From positions 1 through 63,680 of the forward strand of contig DATEOR010000007.1 in NCBI GenBank assembly GCA_035273885.1: a DNA stretch of 63,680 bases, written 5' to 3'. Positions 1 through 13,603 of the stretch are shown in pieces; within the stretch, counting starts at the first letter, position 1, and every line of letters starts with the position of its first letter. The translations under genes and the position numbers were made by a program. The notes beneath the pieces were generated by a model that saw only the letters and a program-made list of their open reading frames with translations, searched no databases and had not been told where the DNA came from. The DNA comes from Gaiellaceae bacterium (lineage in GTDB: Bacteria; Actinomycetota; Thermoleophilia; Gaiellales; Gaiellaceae).

Positions 1-1830
<1,830 letters not shown>

Positions 1831-1871
1831 TAGTGTCTGAAGGACGACGCTAGAGACGAAAGGACCGACTG

Positions 1872-2303
1872 ATGGCGAAGGCAAAGGACATGGTGGGCGA
1901 CGCGGTCGATACCGCACGGCCCTACGTCGAGCGGCTTGCTCAGGACGAAGAGCTGCACGACCACGTCAAGAAGGCGTACGCATCGGCTCGCTCGATCTAC
2001 GACGAGCTGCTGGGTGATCGCGGGACGACCGGCATGGCATTCAAGGTCGCGCGCGACAAGGACATTCAGAACGAGCTGAAGAAGGCCGTCGAGGAGCTCC
2101 GCAAGGCAGGCGAGCGCGCCCAGGGCAAGCAGTCCCATACGGGCCGCAACACGACCCTGCTGATGGCGGGCATCGCGCTCGGCGTCCTCTTCAACCCGGC
2201 CACCGGCCCGGACACGCGCCGCTGGCTCAAGGACAAGCTCTTCGGGCCCGAGCAGCCCTTCGACTCCGTGCCCTCCGAGGGCAACGGCGGCACCGGAAGC
2301 TAG
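1872..2303 (+). CDS. hypothetical small protein with one predicted TM segment
   Basis: 143 aa ORF with ATG start and coding-like GC-rich third positions. Charged helical N-terminal part, then hydrophobic stretch TTLLMAGIALGVLF. No family recognised with certainty. Confidence 0.45.
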   Translation: MAKAKDMVGDAVDTARPYVERLAQDEELHDHVKKAYASARSIYDELLGDRGTTGMAFKVARDKDIQNELKKAVEELRKAGERAQGKQSHTGRNTTLLMAGIALGVLFNPATGPDTRRWLKDKLFGPEQPFDSVPSEGNGGTGS

Positions 2304-2309
2304 CTCGGA

Positions 2310-3752
2310 CTAGCCCGCGTCGTTCCCGGTGAATCCGGGCGACGCATAGACGATCTTCGGCCCCGGCGGGCCCTCTCCAAAGAGCGGCTCGCCGGTGAGC
2401 ACTCCCTCGAACCCGGCCGGATCGAGGCCGGAGACGGCCGAGATGTCATCGGCCTGCAGGAGGACCGCGGCGGGTGGCGGCGCCTTCTTCCCGGGCGGCG
2501 TCCAACCCGTGGCGTCGAAGTTCGCGTCGTCGAGGCGCTGCCAGGCCAGAAGGTACGGATACGGGTCGATGACACCGTCGTAGCCCATGCCGAGGAGCGC
2601 AGCCGGGTGGAGCTCGAAGTGCAGGTGCGTCGGCGTCCCGGCGGCGTCTCCCGTTGCACCGACGAATCCGATCACGTCGCCTGCCTTTACCTGCGCGCCG
2701 TCCCGCGCCAGCGGGGTGTAGGCCGAGAGGTGGGCGTAGTAGAACTCGTTCCCCTGCAGGTCGCGGAGCCAGAAGCGGTTGCCGCCGATGGTGTTCCAGC
2801 CGACGAGGAAGAGTGTTCCGTCCGTGACCGCGAGGACGGGGGCGCCGAGGGGGGCGAAGATGTCGTTGCCGTGATGCCAGCCCGTGTCGGCGCGCGAGGC
2901 CCCGAAGTCGTCCGAGAACGAGGACGGCCCGTAGACCGGGAAGACGTAGCCGCCGGCGGTCAGGTGCGGCCGCACGCCCGACGGCGGGCTCTGCACCGGA
3001 GGAGGCGCCGCGGGCGAAGCTCCGACCGGAGGCGGCGAGGGCTCGTGGTGATGGGACGACGGCGGGCTCGTAGGCGGTGAGCTCGGCGGCGGAGGCGCGA
3101 CAGCCTTCGGGGCGGTCGCGGCGGCCTCGGCGTAGCCGACGAAGATCTCTGTTCCGGGCGGCAGGCCGCCGTGCGCGGCGGTGAGGTGGACGTGAAGGCC
3201 GACCACGAAGCCGCGATGGCCGCGCCGCTGGGTGGTGTTCTGGTCCGTGACCGCCTGCTCGAGCGCGATCGCGTACCCCCAGTCTCCCAACGTGATCTTC
3301 GCGTTCGGCGTCGCGGCGACGCTCGCACCGAGGACGACGAGATTCGTCACGCCGGAACCGGAGAGGTCGCCCCCGGCACTCGACGGCGACGCGCGCGAGA
3401 CGGACTTGGACGTGATCGCGTCGGCGGTCACCTCGCCGCCGAAGAGCGAGACCGAGCCGACGTGCACGACTCCACGCCCGACCGCCCGGTCGTCCTCGAC
3501 AGTGCCGTTCGTCCCGCCCGTGATTGCGCCGGTCGTCACCGCGCCGTCCCCGTAGGACCAGCTGACGAGGGACGCGGCCGACGCGGGCGGCGAGGAGATG
3601 GAGCCGGCGGACGCAGGCGTCTTGCCGGGCACGATCACTCTGACGCCGAAGGCGCTCGCCGAGGAGGCGGGCGAAGGCACCACCGCTCCCGAGGAGCCGG
3701 CGGAGACGAGCGAAACGAGAAGCAGAGCCCCTAGGACGACCCGCAAGCGCAC
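2310..3752 (-). CDS. secreted M23/LytM-family metallopeptidase
   Basis: Signal peptide MRLRVVLGALLLVSLVSAGSSGA. Pro/Ser-rich linker (PPPPSSPPTSPPSSHHHEPSPPP). C-terminal M23 motifs HHGNDIFAPLGAPV and GTPTHLHFELHP. Confidence 0.85.
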   Translation of the reverse strand: MRLRVVLGALLLVSLVSAGSSGAVVPSPASSASAFGVRVIVPGKTPASAGSISSPPASAASLVSWSYGDGAVTTGAITGGTNGTVEDDRAVGRGVVHVGSVSLFGGEVTADAITSKSVSRASPSSAGGDLSGSGVTNLVVLGASVAATPNAKITLGDWGYAIALEQAVTDQNTTQRRGHRGFVVGLHVHLTAAHGGLPPGTEIFVGYAEAAATAPKAVAPPPPSSPPTSPPSSHHHEPSPPPVGASPAAPPPVQSPPSGVRPHLTAGGYVFPVYGPSSFSDDFGASRADTGWHHGNDIFAPLGAPVLAVTDGTLFLVGWNTIGGNRFWLRDLQGNEFYYAHLSAYTPLARDGAQVKAGDVIGFVGATGDAAGTPTHLHFELHPAALLGMGYDGVIDPYPYLLAWQRLDDANFDATGWTPPGKKAPPPAAVLLQADDISAVSGLDPAGFEGVLTGEPLFGEGPPGPKIVYASPGFTGNDAG

Positions 3753-3808
3753 GAGTCAGAGGTTAGCGCTGCCCGCGGCTCGATTGCTATCGGTCATATT
3801 CTGCGGCC

Positions 3809-5784
<1,976 letters not shown>

Positions 5785-5788
<4 letters not shown>

Positions 5789-6171
5789 TCGGCGTCCAGG
5801 CCGCGGGCGAAAGCGCGGAAGCGTTCGCGGGCAGCTTCGTCCGGACCAAGCGGCGTGTCGTCGGCCAGCCCGGGGTCGGCGGCGACGTCGCGTGCGACCG
5901 CGCGGATCTCGTCCTCGACGGCCTTACGGTGAGCGGGATCCAGGAGCAGCTCGTCGATCCACGTGCGCGAGCCCTCGTTGGTGACGTCGTGGTCGACGAG
6001 CAGCGAGCCGAGCAGGATGCCGGCGCGCACGTAGGCGAACGTGCGAAAGGCAAGCTGACGGCGCGGCGAATCGACGAGCGCCGCGATCCCGGGATCTTCC
6101 GCCTGCAGGCGCGCGACGAGCTCCCCGATCGGCTCGTCCACGAGAGGAAGCCAGAAATCCTCCTCGGCCAT
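5785..6171 (-). CDS. hypothetical protein
   Basis: 128 aa ORF, ATG start, coding-like codon bias. Its stop overlaps the acs stop in a CTAG tetranucleotide. No recognisable domain. Confidence 0.4.
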
Positions 6172-6190
6172 GCTCGAAGTTTAGGCCGAC

Positions 6191-6553
6191 CTAGCGGCGC
6201 GCTGTCCACGCAAGCCGCGCGGCGATCACAAGGAGCAGGCAGGCGAAGAGTCTCTCGAGGACGCCTTCGCTGAGCCAGGTGGCGAGCGCGACGCCGCCCG
6301 CAACTCCACCGGCGGACGCGACCCCGATGACGAGAGCCGGCCGCCAGCGCACGTTGCCATAGCGGTTCTGCTGCCAGGCCCCCACCGCGACGACCGGGAT
6401 GATCGCGGCGAGCGACGTCGCCTCGGCGGAGAGGTGCGAGAGCCCGACCACGAGCGAGAGCGTCGGCACGAAGAGGACCCCGCCGCCGACCCCGAACATG
6501 CCCGAGAGGACGCCGGCGGTGAACCCGAGGATGAGCGCGAAAACCACCGTCAT
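6191..6553 (-). CDS. TauE/SafE (DUF81) family anion-exporter half-protein (second half)
   Basis: 120 aa, about 4 TM segments, GMFGVGGGVLFVP motif characteristic of TauE/SafE repeats. ATGA overlap with the upstream half-gene. Confidence 0.7.
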   Translation of the reverse strand: MTVVFALILGFTAGVLSGMFGVGGGVLFVPTLSLVVGLSHLSAEATSLAAIIPVVAVGAWQQNRYGNVRWRPALVIGVASAGGVAGGVALATWLSEGVLERLFACLLLVIAARLAWTARR

Positions 6554-6918
6554 CCGATGAAGAGCCGCACCGCGACGGCGACGAGGACGAGACTGAAGAG
6601 CAAGGTCAGGACGCGGGTCGGCACCTTCTGCTGCGCCCAGGTCCCGAAAAACGTACCGATCATCGCCGGAAAGCCGACCAGCGCCGCGTCGGGCCAGCTC
6701 ACCTCGCCGAGTGCGCCGTACACGGCCATGCCGAAGAGCGATGTGAGCCCGATCGCAGCGAGCGAGGTGCCCGTCGCCCAGCGTGTCGAGTAGCCGAGCA
6801 GCAGGATGAGGAGCGGCACCACGACGACCCCGCCGCCGACGCCGAAGAGCGCGCTGAAGAATCCGGCCGAGAGCCCGATCGCGGGTAGCGCGACGACCGG
6901 GCGGACTCTCCAGCTCAC
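6550..6918 (-). CDS. TauE/SafE (DUF81) family anion-exporter half-protein (first half)
   Basis: 122 aa, about 4 TM segments, ALFGVGGGVVVVP motif. Homologous to the downstream half. Confidence 0.7.
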   Translation of the reverse strand: MSWRVRPVVALPAIGLSAGFFSALFGVGGGVVVVPLLILLLGYSTRWATGTSLAAIGLTSLFGMAVYGALGEVSWPDAALVGFPAMIGTFFGTWAQQKVPTRVLTLLFSLVLVAVAVRLFIG

Positions 6919-6935
6919 GCTCGTATCCTAGTGCG

Positions 6936-7646
6936 GTGGATCTACTGGCCCCCTTCCGCGAGGCGCCCGAGGAGGCCGCTCTCCTCTTCGATGTCGACGG
7001 TACGCTCGCGCCGATCGCACCGCGGCCGGAGCTCGCGCGGGTGCCCGGCGAAACTCGCGTCGAGCTCGAGCGCCTGGCCGGCTCCTACCTGCTCGTGGCG
7101 TGCATCAGCGGCCGGGCGGGCGCGGAGGCGGCGAGGCTCGTGGGCGTGGGCGGGATCCGCTACGTCGGGAACCACGGCCTCGAGCTGGACGAGCGTGCCG
7201 CGGAGCTCACGGCACAGATCGCGGCGTTCCGGGACTCGGTCGCGCTGCCGGTCGAAGACAAGGGCCTCTCGCTCTCCTACCACTACCGGGAGGCCGAGGA
7301 CGAGGAGGCCGCGCGCGCCGAGCTGGAGGAGATCGCCGAGCGCGCCCGCGCAAGGGGGCTCGACCCGCGCTGGGGCCGCAAGGTTCTCGAGATCCGGCCG
7401 CCGGTCGCGGCCGACAAGGGAACCGCCGTCCGGGCGCTCCTCGCGTCAGTTCCGGCCCGCCTCGGGCTGTACGCGGGCGACGACACGACCGACCTCGATG
7501 CCTTTGAGGGTCTCACCGACGCGGGCCTCGACCATGCCGTGCGTATCGCCGTGGAATCGGACGAAGGGCCCCGAGAGCTGCCCGCGGCGGCCGACGTGAT
7601 CGTCGCCGGCCCCGAAGCGCTCGGGCGTCTCCTGCGCACGCTCTAG
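6936..7646 (+). CDS. otsB: trehalose-6-phosphate phosphatase (HAD superfamily)
   Basis: HAD motif I LLFDVDGTLAPI, then GNHG and GDDTTDLDAF motifs as in OtsB. GTG start. Confidence 0.75.
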   Translation: MDLLAPFREAPEEAALLFDVDGTLAPIAPRPELARVPGETRVELERLAGSYLLVACISGRAGAEAARLVGVGGIRYVGNHGLELDERAAELTAQIAAFRDSVALPVEDKGLSLSYHYREAEDEEAARAELEEIAERARARGLDPRWGRKVLEIRPPVAADKGTAVRALLASVPARLGLYAGDDTTDLDAFEGLTDAGLDHAVRIAVESDEGPRELPAAADVIVAGPEALGRLLRTL

Positions 7647-7683
7647 CGTTTCGCTCCACACAAAGCCCGGTAATACTCGCTTC

Positions 7684-8574
7684 GTGCGCTTTCGCAAGGG
7701 AGCAAAACTCGATCCCGGCCAGGTCAGGGACGTCCGGGGGCGAAGCCTGGGCGGTGGCGGCCTCGCCATGGGCGGCGGGGGGATCGGCATCGCCATCCTC
7801 GTCATCTACCTGCTCGTGTCCGCGCTGTCGGGAGGCGGAGCCAGCCTCCCGGGCCAGCTCAGCCCTCTGGACAACCAGCGCATCGGGGAGGACGCGGCTC
7901 CATCGCAGGTCTCACAGGAGTGCAAGACCGGCGAAGATGCGAACCAGCGCGAGGACTGCCGCATCGTGGCCGTCGTGAACAGCGTCCAGAAGTTCTGGGA
8001 CGGGGTCTTCACGAGCAGCGGCGAGAACTACCAGTACGTCGACACCGTCTTCTTCACCGACCAGGTCGGCACCGGCTGCGGCAACGCCACATCGCAGGTC
8101 GGCCCCTTCTACTGTCCGGCGGACAAGCTCGTCTACATCGACCTCGGCTTCTTCGACGAACTCTCGCAGTTCGGCGCGGAGGACACGCCGTTCGTCGAGG
8201 CCTATGTCATCGCCCACGAGTACGGACACCACGTCCAGGACATGCTCGGCGTGCTGAACCGGATCGGAAACGACACGCAGGGCCCCGAGAGCCGCGCGGT
8301 GCGCTCGGAGCTACAGGCCGACTGCTACGCAGGGGTGTGGGCGGCGCACGCGACCGAGACCGGCCTCATCGTCGGCCTGACCCAGCAGGACATCAACAGC
8401 GGTCTCGACGCCGCGGCGGCGATCGGCGACGACCGCATCCAGGAGAAGACGCAGGGCCAGGTGAATCCCGAAACGTTCACCCACGGCACGTCCGAGCAGC
8501 GCCGCCGCTGGTTCTCGCGCGGCTACGAGACCGGCAAGCCGGCCGAGTGCGACACCTTCACCGGCTCGATCTAG
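7684..8574 (+). CDS. YpfJ-family putative neutral zinc metallopeptidase
   Basis: N-terminal basic segment plus TM (GGGGIGIAILVIYLLV). Conserved FYCPADKLVYIDLGFF and AHEYGHHVQ zinc motif of the PF04228-type family. Confidence 0.8.
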   Translation: MRFRKGAKLDPGQVRDVRGRSLGGGGLAMGGGGIGIAILVIYLLVSALSGGGASLPGQLSPLDNQRIGEDAAPSQVSQECKTGEDANQREDCRIVAVVNSVQKFWDGVFTSSGENYQYVDTVFFTDQVGTGCGNATSQVGPFYCPADKLVYIDLGFFDELSQFGAEDTPFVEAYVIAHEYGHHVQDMLGVLNRIGNDTQGPESRAVRSELQADCYAGVWAAHATETGLIVGLTQQDINSGLDAAAAIGDDRIQEKTQGQVNPETFTHGTSEQRRRWFSRGYETGKPAECDTFTGSI

Positions 8575-9874
8575 CCGCTTCCTGAAGCGCGGCCCAGGCG
8601 CGGCGCACGTCGTCCTCGGTCGTGCGCGCGTTGCCGATCGCGAGCCTGAGAACCAGCCGCCCGTCGAGGCGCGTCTGGCTGAGGAACGCCTCGCCGCTTC
8701 GGTTCACGCGCTCGAGGATCGCCGCGTTCTCGTCGTCCGAGGCCTCCCGCCGGAAGCAGACGACGGAGAGCGCATGCGGCGCCGCGATCTCCCAGCCCGG
8801 CTCCTCTTCGATCCAGGAGGCGAAGAGCTGAGCGAGGCGCACGTGCTCGCGGATGAGGGCCTGCAGGCCGTCGCGCCCGTAGCAGCGCAGCACCGCCCAG
8901 AGCTTGAGCCCGCGGAAGCGGCGGCCGAGGGCCGGCCCGTAGTCCTTCAGGTCGGTGACCGTCCCCTCGCGCTCCGGCATGTATTCGGGGCTCGCGCTGA
9001 ACGCGCGGAAGACCACATCGGGGCGGCGTGTCCAAAAGCACGAGCAGTCCATCGGCGTGAAGAGCCATTTGTGAGGGTTGACCACGATCGAGTCGGCGAG
9101 CTCGGCGCCGTCGAGTGTCCAGCGGAGCTCCTCGCACACCGCGGCCGAGCCCGCGTAGGCGGCGTCGAGGTGGAGCCAGGCCCCGGCTTGCTCGCAGAGA
9201 GCGGCGATCTCCCGCACCGGGTCGACGGAGGTCGTCGACGTCGTGCCCGCCGTCGGCACGACCGCGGCCGCGCCTTCGATCTCCTCCTCGAGCGCGTCGA
9301 CACGCATCCGGTAGTCGCCGTCCACCGGGACGAAGCGGCACTCGAGCCCGAGCAGCCGGGCGCCCTTCTCGACGGAGAAGTTCGCGTGCTCGGAGGTGAG
9401 GACGTGCCCGCCCGGCACGAGCTCCCGCGCCGCGGCGAGGGCGACGATCGTTGCCGTCGAGGCCGTGTCGTCGATATGGCCGTGCAGCCCCTCCGGAAGC
9501 CCGAGCAGCTGCGCCAGCCAGTCGAGTGCAAGCTCCTCGACCTCGGTCGCGGCCGGAGACGTCGTCCAGAGCATCGCGTTCACGTTCAGCGCGGCGACGA
9601 TCAGCTCGGCGAGGATTCCCGGCTCCGAGCCGGTGTTGGCGAAATAGCCGAAGAATCGCGGATGGTTCCAGTGCGTGATGCCCGGCAGAACGGCCGCGTC
9701 GAGATCGCGCAAGATCGCCTCGAAGGGCTCGCCCTGCTCCGGAGGAGAGGCGGAGAGCTTCGAGCGCACCTCCCCCGGGGACACCTTCGAGGCCACCGGC
9801 AGCTCGCTGACGTGCTCGAGATATGCGGCCACCCAGTCGAGCGCCGCCTGGCCGTCGCCGCGGAAGTCGCTCAC
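8558..9874 (-). CDS. pyridoxal-dependent (group II) amino-acid decarboxylase
   Basis: 438 aa. HWNHPRFFGYF, DAAYAGSA and the PLP-lysine motif NPHKWLFTP typical of aromatic-L-amino-acid/glutamate decarboxylase-like enzymes. GTGA overlap with the polX stop. Confidence 0.85.
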   Translation of the reverse strand: MSDFRGDGQAALDWVAAYLEHVSELPVASKVSPGEVRSKLSASPPEQGEPFEAILRDLDAAVLPGITHWNHPRFFGYFANTGSEPGILAELIVAALNVNAMLWTTSPAATEVEELALDWLAQLLGLPEGLHGHIDDTASTATIVALAAARELVPGGHVLTSEHANFSVEKGARLLGLECRFVPVDGDYRMRVDALEEEIEGAAAVVPTAGTTSTTSVDPVREIAALCEQAGAWLHLDAAYAGSAAVCEELRWTLDGAELADSIVVNPHKWLFTPMDCSCFWTRRPDVVFRAFSASPEYMPEREGTVTDLKDYGPALGRRFRGLKLWAVLRCYGRDGLQALIREHVRLAQLFASWIEEEPGWEIAAPHALSVVCFRREASDDENAAILERVNRSGEAFLSQTRLDGRLVLRLAIGNARTTEDDVRRAWAALQEAARSSR

Positions 9875-11589
9875 GGCTTCTTCATCAACTTCTTGACGTC
9901 ACGCCACGGTCGCGCGTTCACGATCTGGTCGGGGCCGATCCATGCACGCCTGGCTTGGGCGACGCCGAGCCGCATGTTCGCGAGCTCGTGCGTGCGATGC
10001 GCGTCGGTCGAGATGACGAGCATCACCCCGGCCTCGGCGGCCGCCCGGGCATGGTTGTCGTCGAGGTCGAGCCGATCGGGCTGGCAGTTGATCTCCAGGA
10101 ACGTCCCGGTCTCGACGGCCTTCTCGAGCAGCGCCTCGAAGTCCACGTCGTAGGGGTCGCGGCGGTTGATCTTTCGTCCCGTCGGGTGGCCGATGCAGTC
10201 GACGTGCGGGTTCTCCATCGCGGCCTGGATGCGCCGCGTCAGCTCCTCGCGCGTCCGGTCGAAGCCCGAATGGACGGACGCCATCACCCAGTCCAGGCCG
10301 GCCAGCACGTCGTCCGGAGTCTCCAGGGAGCCGTCCGCGCGGATGTCGACCTCGATCCCGCGCAGAATCTGCAGGCCCTTCGTCCGGCCGCCGACCTCCG
10401 CGATCTCCTCGGCCTGCTGCTCGAGCCGCCCGTCGCGGAGCCGCCGCCCGTGGTCGCAGACGGCGAGATAGGTGCGGCCGAGGCTCTTGGCCGCCGCGAC
10501 CATCTCGTCCAGGGAAGCGCGCCCGTCCGACCACGTGGTGTGGAAATGGAGATCGCCGTGAATGTCGGCCAGCTCGACGAGCTGCGGAAGCTTTCCGTCG
10601 CGCGCAGCCTGGAGCTCGCCGCGGTTTTCACGGAGCTCCGGCGGGATCCAGCTGTAGCCGAGGAAGTCGTAGAGCTCCTCCTCGGTGGAGGCGGTGAAGA
10701 CCTCGTCCGTCTCCGTGTTCTTCACGCCGTACTCCGAGATCGAGAGCCCGCGCGTAACCGCCTCCTCCCGCATCGCGACGTTGTGAGCCTTCGAGCCCGT
10801 GAAGTGCTGGAGCAGGTTTCCGTAGCTCTCCGGCGGCACCACGCGCAGGTCGAAGCGAAGGCCGTCGTGCGAGACCACGGTCGCCTTCGTCCCTCCGTGG
10901 GCGACCACCTCGGCGACCCAGGGCTGCGCGACGAAGTGGGCGGTCAGGGCAGCGGGGTCGTCGGCGGTGGCGATGATGTCCAGGTCGCGCACGGTCTCGC
11001 GGCGGCGGCGAACGCTTCCGGCTTCCGAAACGTGACGGGCGGACGGGTGCGAGCGGAGCTCTTCCAGAGCGTCGTCCACCGCAGGGAGCACACGGCCGAG
11101 CAGCGTCTTCTGCTCGATCGCCTTCTTCGGCTTCGCGAGCGAAGCGAGCACCTTCTCCTGGGTCTTCGGCCCGAGTCCCTGCACCTCGGCGAGCCGGCCC
11201 TGCTCGGCGACAGCCCGAAGGTCGTCCGACGACTGCACGCCGAGCTCGACCCAGAGCTTGCGCGCCGTCTTCGGACCGAGACCGGGGACGTGCATCACGT
11301 CGACGAGCCCCGTCGGAAGCTTGTCGCGGAGCTTGGCGAGCGCGGCCATGTCGCCGGTCTCCGTGTACTCGACGATCTTCCCCTCGATCGTCGCCCCGAT
11401 CCCGGAGAGGCGCGTCGCCTTCTTGTCCAGGGCCAGCTGGGCGACCGGGACGGCCGACTCGCGAATGCGCGTCGCAGCGCGGCGATAGGCGCTCAGGCGA
11501 AAGGCGTCGGCTCCGTCGAGCTCGAGCAGGTCGGCAAGGAGCTCGAACTGCTCGGCCAGCTGGGCATTCGAGGGCAGCGTCTGGGCCAC
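9871..11589 (-). CDS. polX: family X DNA polymerase with C-terminal PHP domain
   Basis: 572 aa. N-terminal HhH/pol-beta-like region (GIGATIEGKIVEY, VPGLGPKTARKL), nucleotidyltransferase core (RDLDIIA), C-terminal PHP motifs (GDLHFHTTWSDG, SVHSGF, ISTDAH). Confidence 0.9.
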   Translation of the reverse strand: MAQTLPSNAQLAEQFELLADLLELDGADAFRLSAYRRAATRIRESAVPVAQLALDKKATRLSGIGATIEGKIVEYTETGDMAALAKLRDKLPTGLVDVMHVPGLGPKTARKLWVELGVQSSDDLRAVAEQGRLAEVQGLGPKTQEKVLASLAKPKKAIEQKTLLGRVLPAVDDALEELRSHPSARHVSEAGSVRRRRETVRDLDIIATADDPAALTAHFVAQPWVAEVVAHGGTKATVVSHDGLRFDLRVVPPESYGNLLQHFTGSKAHNVAMREEAVTRGLSISEYGVKNTETDEVFTASTEEELYDFLGYSWIPPELRENRGELQAARDGKLPQLVELADIHGDLHFHTTWSDGRASLDEMVAAAKSLGRTYLAVCDHGRRLRDGRLEQQAEEIAEVGGRTKGLQILRGIEVDIRADGSLETPDDVLAGLDWVMASVHSGFDRTREELTRRIQAAMENPHVDCIGHPTGRKINRRDPYDVDFEALLEKAVETGTFLEINCQPDRLDLDDNHARAAAEAGVMLVISTDAHRTHELANMRLGVAQARRAWIGPDQIVNARPWRDVKKLMKKP

Positions 11590-11606
11590 CCGGCGATGAT
11601 ACGCGG

Positions 11607-12332
11607 GTGCGCCTGGTCATCTGCCTGCCGACCTACAACGAGCGGGCGAACCTCGAGCCGATCGCGCGGCGCCTGGGGGAAGTGCTCGCCGAGATCGAGA
11701 CTGAGCCACGCGTTCTGGTCATCGACGACTCCTCTCCGGACGGCACGGGCGAGCTGGCCGACCGGCTGAGCGGCGAGCTCCCGTTCCTCTCGGTCCTCCA
11801 TCGCCCCCACAAGGAAGGGCTGGGACAGGCCTACATCGCCGGCTTCCGGTGGGCGCTCGAGCACGGAGCCGATCGCATCGTGCAAATGGACGCCGACTTC
11901 TCCCACGACCCCGCGGATGTGGCCCGCCTCCTCGCCGAGGCCGAGGATGCCGGTCTCGCACTCGGCTCCCGCTACGTCGAGGGCGGCGGCACGCAGAACT
12001 GGGGCAGGGGCCGGCAGGCGATCAGCCGCTTCGGCTCCTTCTACGCGCGGACGATCCTCGGTGTCCCGGTGCGAGACCTGACCGGTGGATTCAAGTGCTG
12101 GCGACGCGAAGCGCTGGAGGCGCTCCCGCTCGACCGGATCCGGACGAAGGGCTACGCCTTCCAGATCGAGACGACGTACCGCGCCATTCGCGCCGGCCGC
12201 GGCGTCGCGGAAATTCCGATCGTCTTTGCGGAGCGCCGTGCCGGCGGATCGAAGATGACCCGCGCCATTGTGCTCGAGGCGGTCTGGAAGGTGCCGGAGC
12301 TGCGCCTGCGGGCGGCGCTTAATCGTCTGTAG
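11607..12332 (+). CDS. ppm1: polyprenol-phosphate mannose synthase (GT2, Ppm1/DPM1-like)
   Basis: 241 aa. GT2 signature VICLPTYNERANL, VIDDSSPDGTG, QMDADFSHDP. Confidence 0.85.
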   Translation: MRLVICLPTYNERANLEPIARRLGEVLAEIETEPRVLVIDDSSPDGTGELADRLSGELPFLSVLHRPHKEGLGQAYIAGFRWALEHGADRIVQMDADFSHDPADVARLLAEAEDAGLALGSRYVEGGGTQNWGRGRQAISRFGSFYARTILGVPVRDLTGGFKCWRREALEALPLDRIRTKGYAFQIETTYRAIRAGRGVAEIPIVFAERRAGGSKMTRAIVLEAVWKVPELRLRAALNRL

Positions 12333-12339
12333 TCATTGC

Positions 12340-12345
12340 TATCGT
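12340..12345 (+). promoter_or_regulatory. candidate -10 hexamer (TATCGT) 6 nt upstream of the trxA ATG (leaderless candidate)
   Basis: TANNNT-type hexamer TATCGT at 12340..12345. ATG at 12352, with no Shine-Dalgarno sequence in the 6-nt spacer. Confidence 0.3.
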
Positions 12346-12351
12346 GGTCGC

Positions 12352-12681
12352 ATGGTGGGCGACGTCACAGACGCAGACTTCCAGGCCGAGGTCCTCGAAT
12401 CCGACCGGCCCGTGGTGGTCGACTTCTGGGCTCCCTGGTGCGGGCCTTGCCGCGTTGTGAGCCCGATCATCGACGACCTCGCCGAGCAGCACGGGGAGCG
12501 CGTCAAGTTCCTGAAGATGAACGTGGACGACAACCTGCAGACGCAGTCGCGCTACAACGTCCTCTCGATCCCCACGGTCATCCTCTTCGACCGCGGCGAG
12601 CCACAAGAGACGGTGATCGGCGCGCGCTCCAAGACTCACTACGAGTCGGCGTGGGAACGCTGGCTCGGCCGCGCAGCTTAG
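12352..12681 (+). CDS. trxA: thioredoxin
   Basis: WAPWCGPCR active site. The internal ATG at 12352 of track ORF 12268..12681 gives a typical 109 aa thioredoxin. Confidence 0.9.
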   Translation: MVGDVTDADFQAEVLESDRPVVVDFWAPWCGPCRVVSPIIDDLAEQHGERVKFLKMNVDDNLQTQSRYNVLSIPTVILFDRGEPQETVIGARSKTHYESAWERWLGRAA

Positions 12682-12745
12682 GCGCGGACATCCCAGCGCA
12701 GCCGTTCCGCCGGAGGCTTGGCCTTTTCCGTGACGACCGGGGCTC

Positions 12746-13603
12746 TTACGTGACGAATGAGTCCCAGCCGGGGAGGTCGGGCTCGACGCCTGACCCCTCC
12801 TCGCACCGGCCGACGACCGTCAAGCCGCTCGCCTTTGCATCGTCGGGAGCCACCGCGGCCAGAAGCTCGTAGTCCTCGCCCAGACTCCAGAACGGCACTT
12901 CGGCGACCTCGTCGATGCGCGGCGCGCGTGGGATGGACTCCACGTCGAGGACGACCTTGCACCCTGAGCGTTCGGCGATCCGTCCGGCGTCGGAGCCGAT
13001 GCCGTCGCTCAGATCGACCATTGCGTGCGCGACCCGCGCGAGCGTCCTTCCCTCCTCGAGACGCAGGGGAGGCCGCCGGTGCGCCTCGATCAGCTCGTCG
13101 AACCCGTCGAGCTCGCTCTCGAGGACGTAGCGCCCGGCGGCCGAGCCACCCAGCGGGCCCGTCACGACGAGAACGTCGCCCGGCCTTGCGCCCGCGCGCC
13201 CCGGCACGCGCTCGCTCCACCCGAAGGCCGTCACCGAGAGGAACCACGAAGGCGTCCGCGTCGTGTCGCCTCCGACCACGGGCACGCCTGCTTCGTTCAG
13301 CCCCTCGTAGAGCTCGACGACGTGCTCGAGCTCCGCTTCGGCGGGAGCGCCCAGGGCCACCAGCAGTCCCTCCGCCTCTGCGCCCAGCGCGGCCAGGTCG
13401 CTCAGATTGACCGCGGCTGCCTTGTAGCCGAGGTCGCTGAATGACGTCCAGTCGAGCCGGAAGTGGATCCCCTCGGCGAGGACGTCGAGGGTCGCGACGC
13501 GCCCTTCGGCGAGGAGCGCCCCCTCCGCATCCTGGCCCGAGGCGAGCCCGCGCCGCTCGAGCTCCCGCAGGAGCCCGAATTCACCTGCTTCTGACAGCCG
13601 CAA
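12746..13603 (-). CDS. thiL: thiamine-monophosphate kinase
   Basis: AIR-synthase-like fold: EFGLLRELERR at the N-terminus, AAVNLSDLAALGA, VVGGDTT. The upstream part of track ORF 12746..13822 is Arg/Pro-rich overlap with thiD. TTG at 13603 is the most plausible start (start uncertain). Confidence 0.8.
   Translation of the reverse strand: MRLSEAGEFGLLRELERRGLASGQDAEGALLAEGRVATLDVLAEGIHFRLDWTSFSDLGYKAAAVNLSDLAALGAEAEGLLVALGAPAEAELEHVVELYEGLNEAGVPVVGGDTTRTPSWFLSVTAFGWSERVPGRAGARPGDVLVVTGPLGGSAAGRYVLESELDGFDELIEAHRRPPLRLEEGRTLARVAHAMVDLSDGIGSDAGRIAERSGCKVVLDVESIPRAPRIDEVAEVPFWSLGEDYELLAAVAPDDAKASGLTVVGRCEEGSGVEPDLPGWDSFVT

Noticed and set aside
2960-3130. Repetitive Pro/Ser-coding DNA in the M23 peptidase gene, and Pro/Thr-coding DNA at the PBP1A 3' end, as possible tandem repeats or a CRISPR-like array
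   Set aside because: These are low-complexity linker-coding sequence within intact ORFs. There are no regularly spaced identical repeats or spacers. No CRISPR array is present anywhere in the window.
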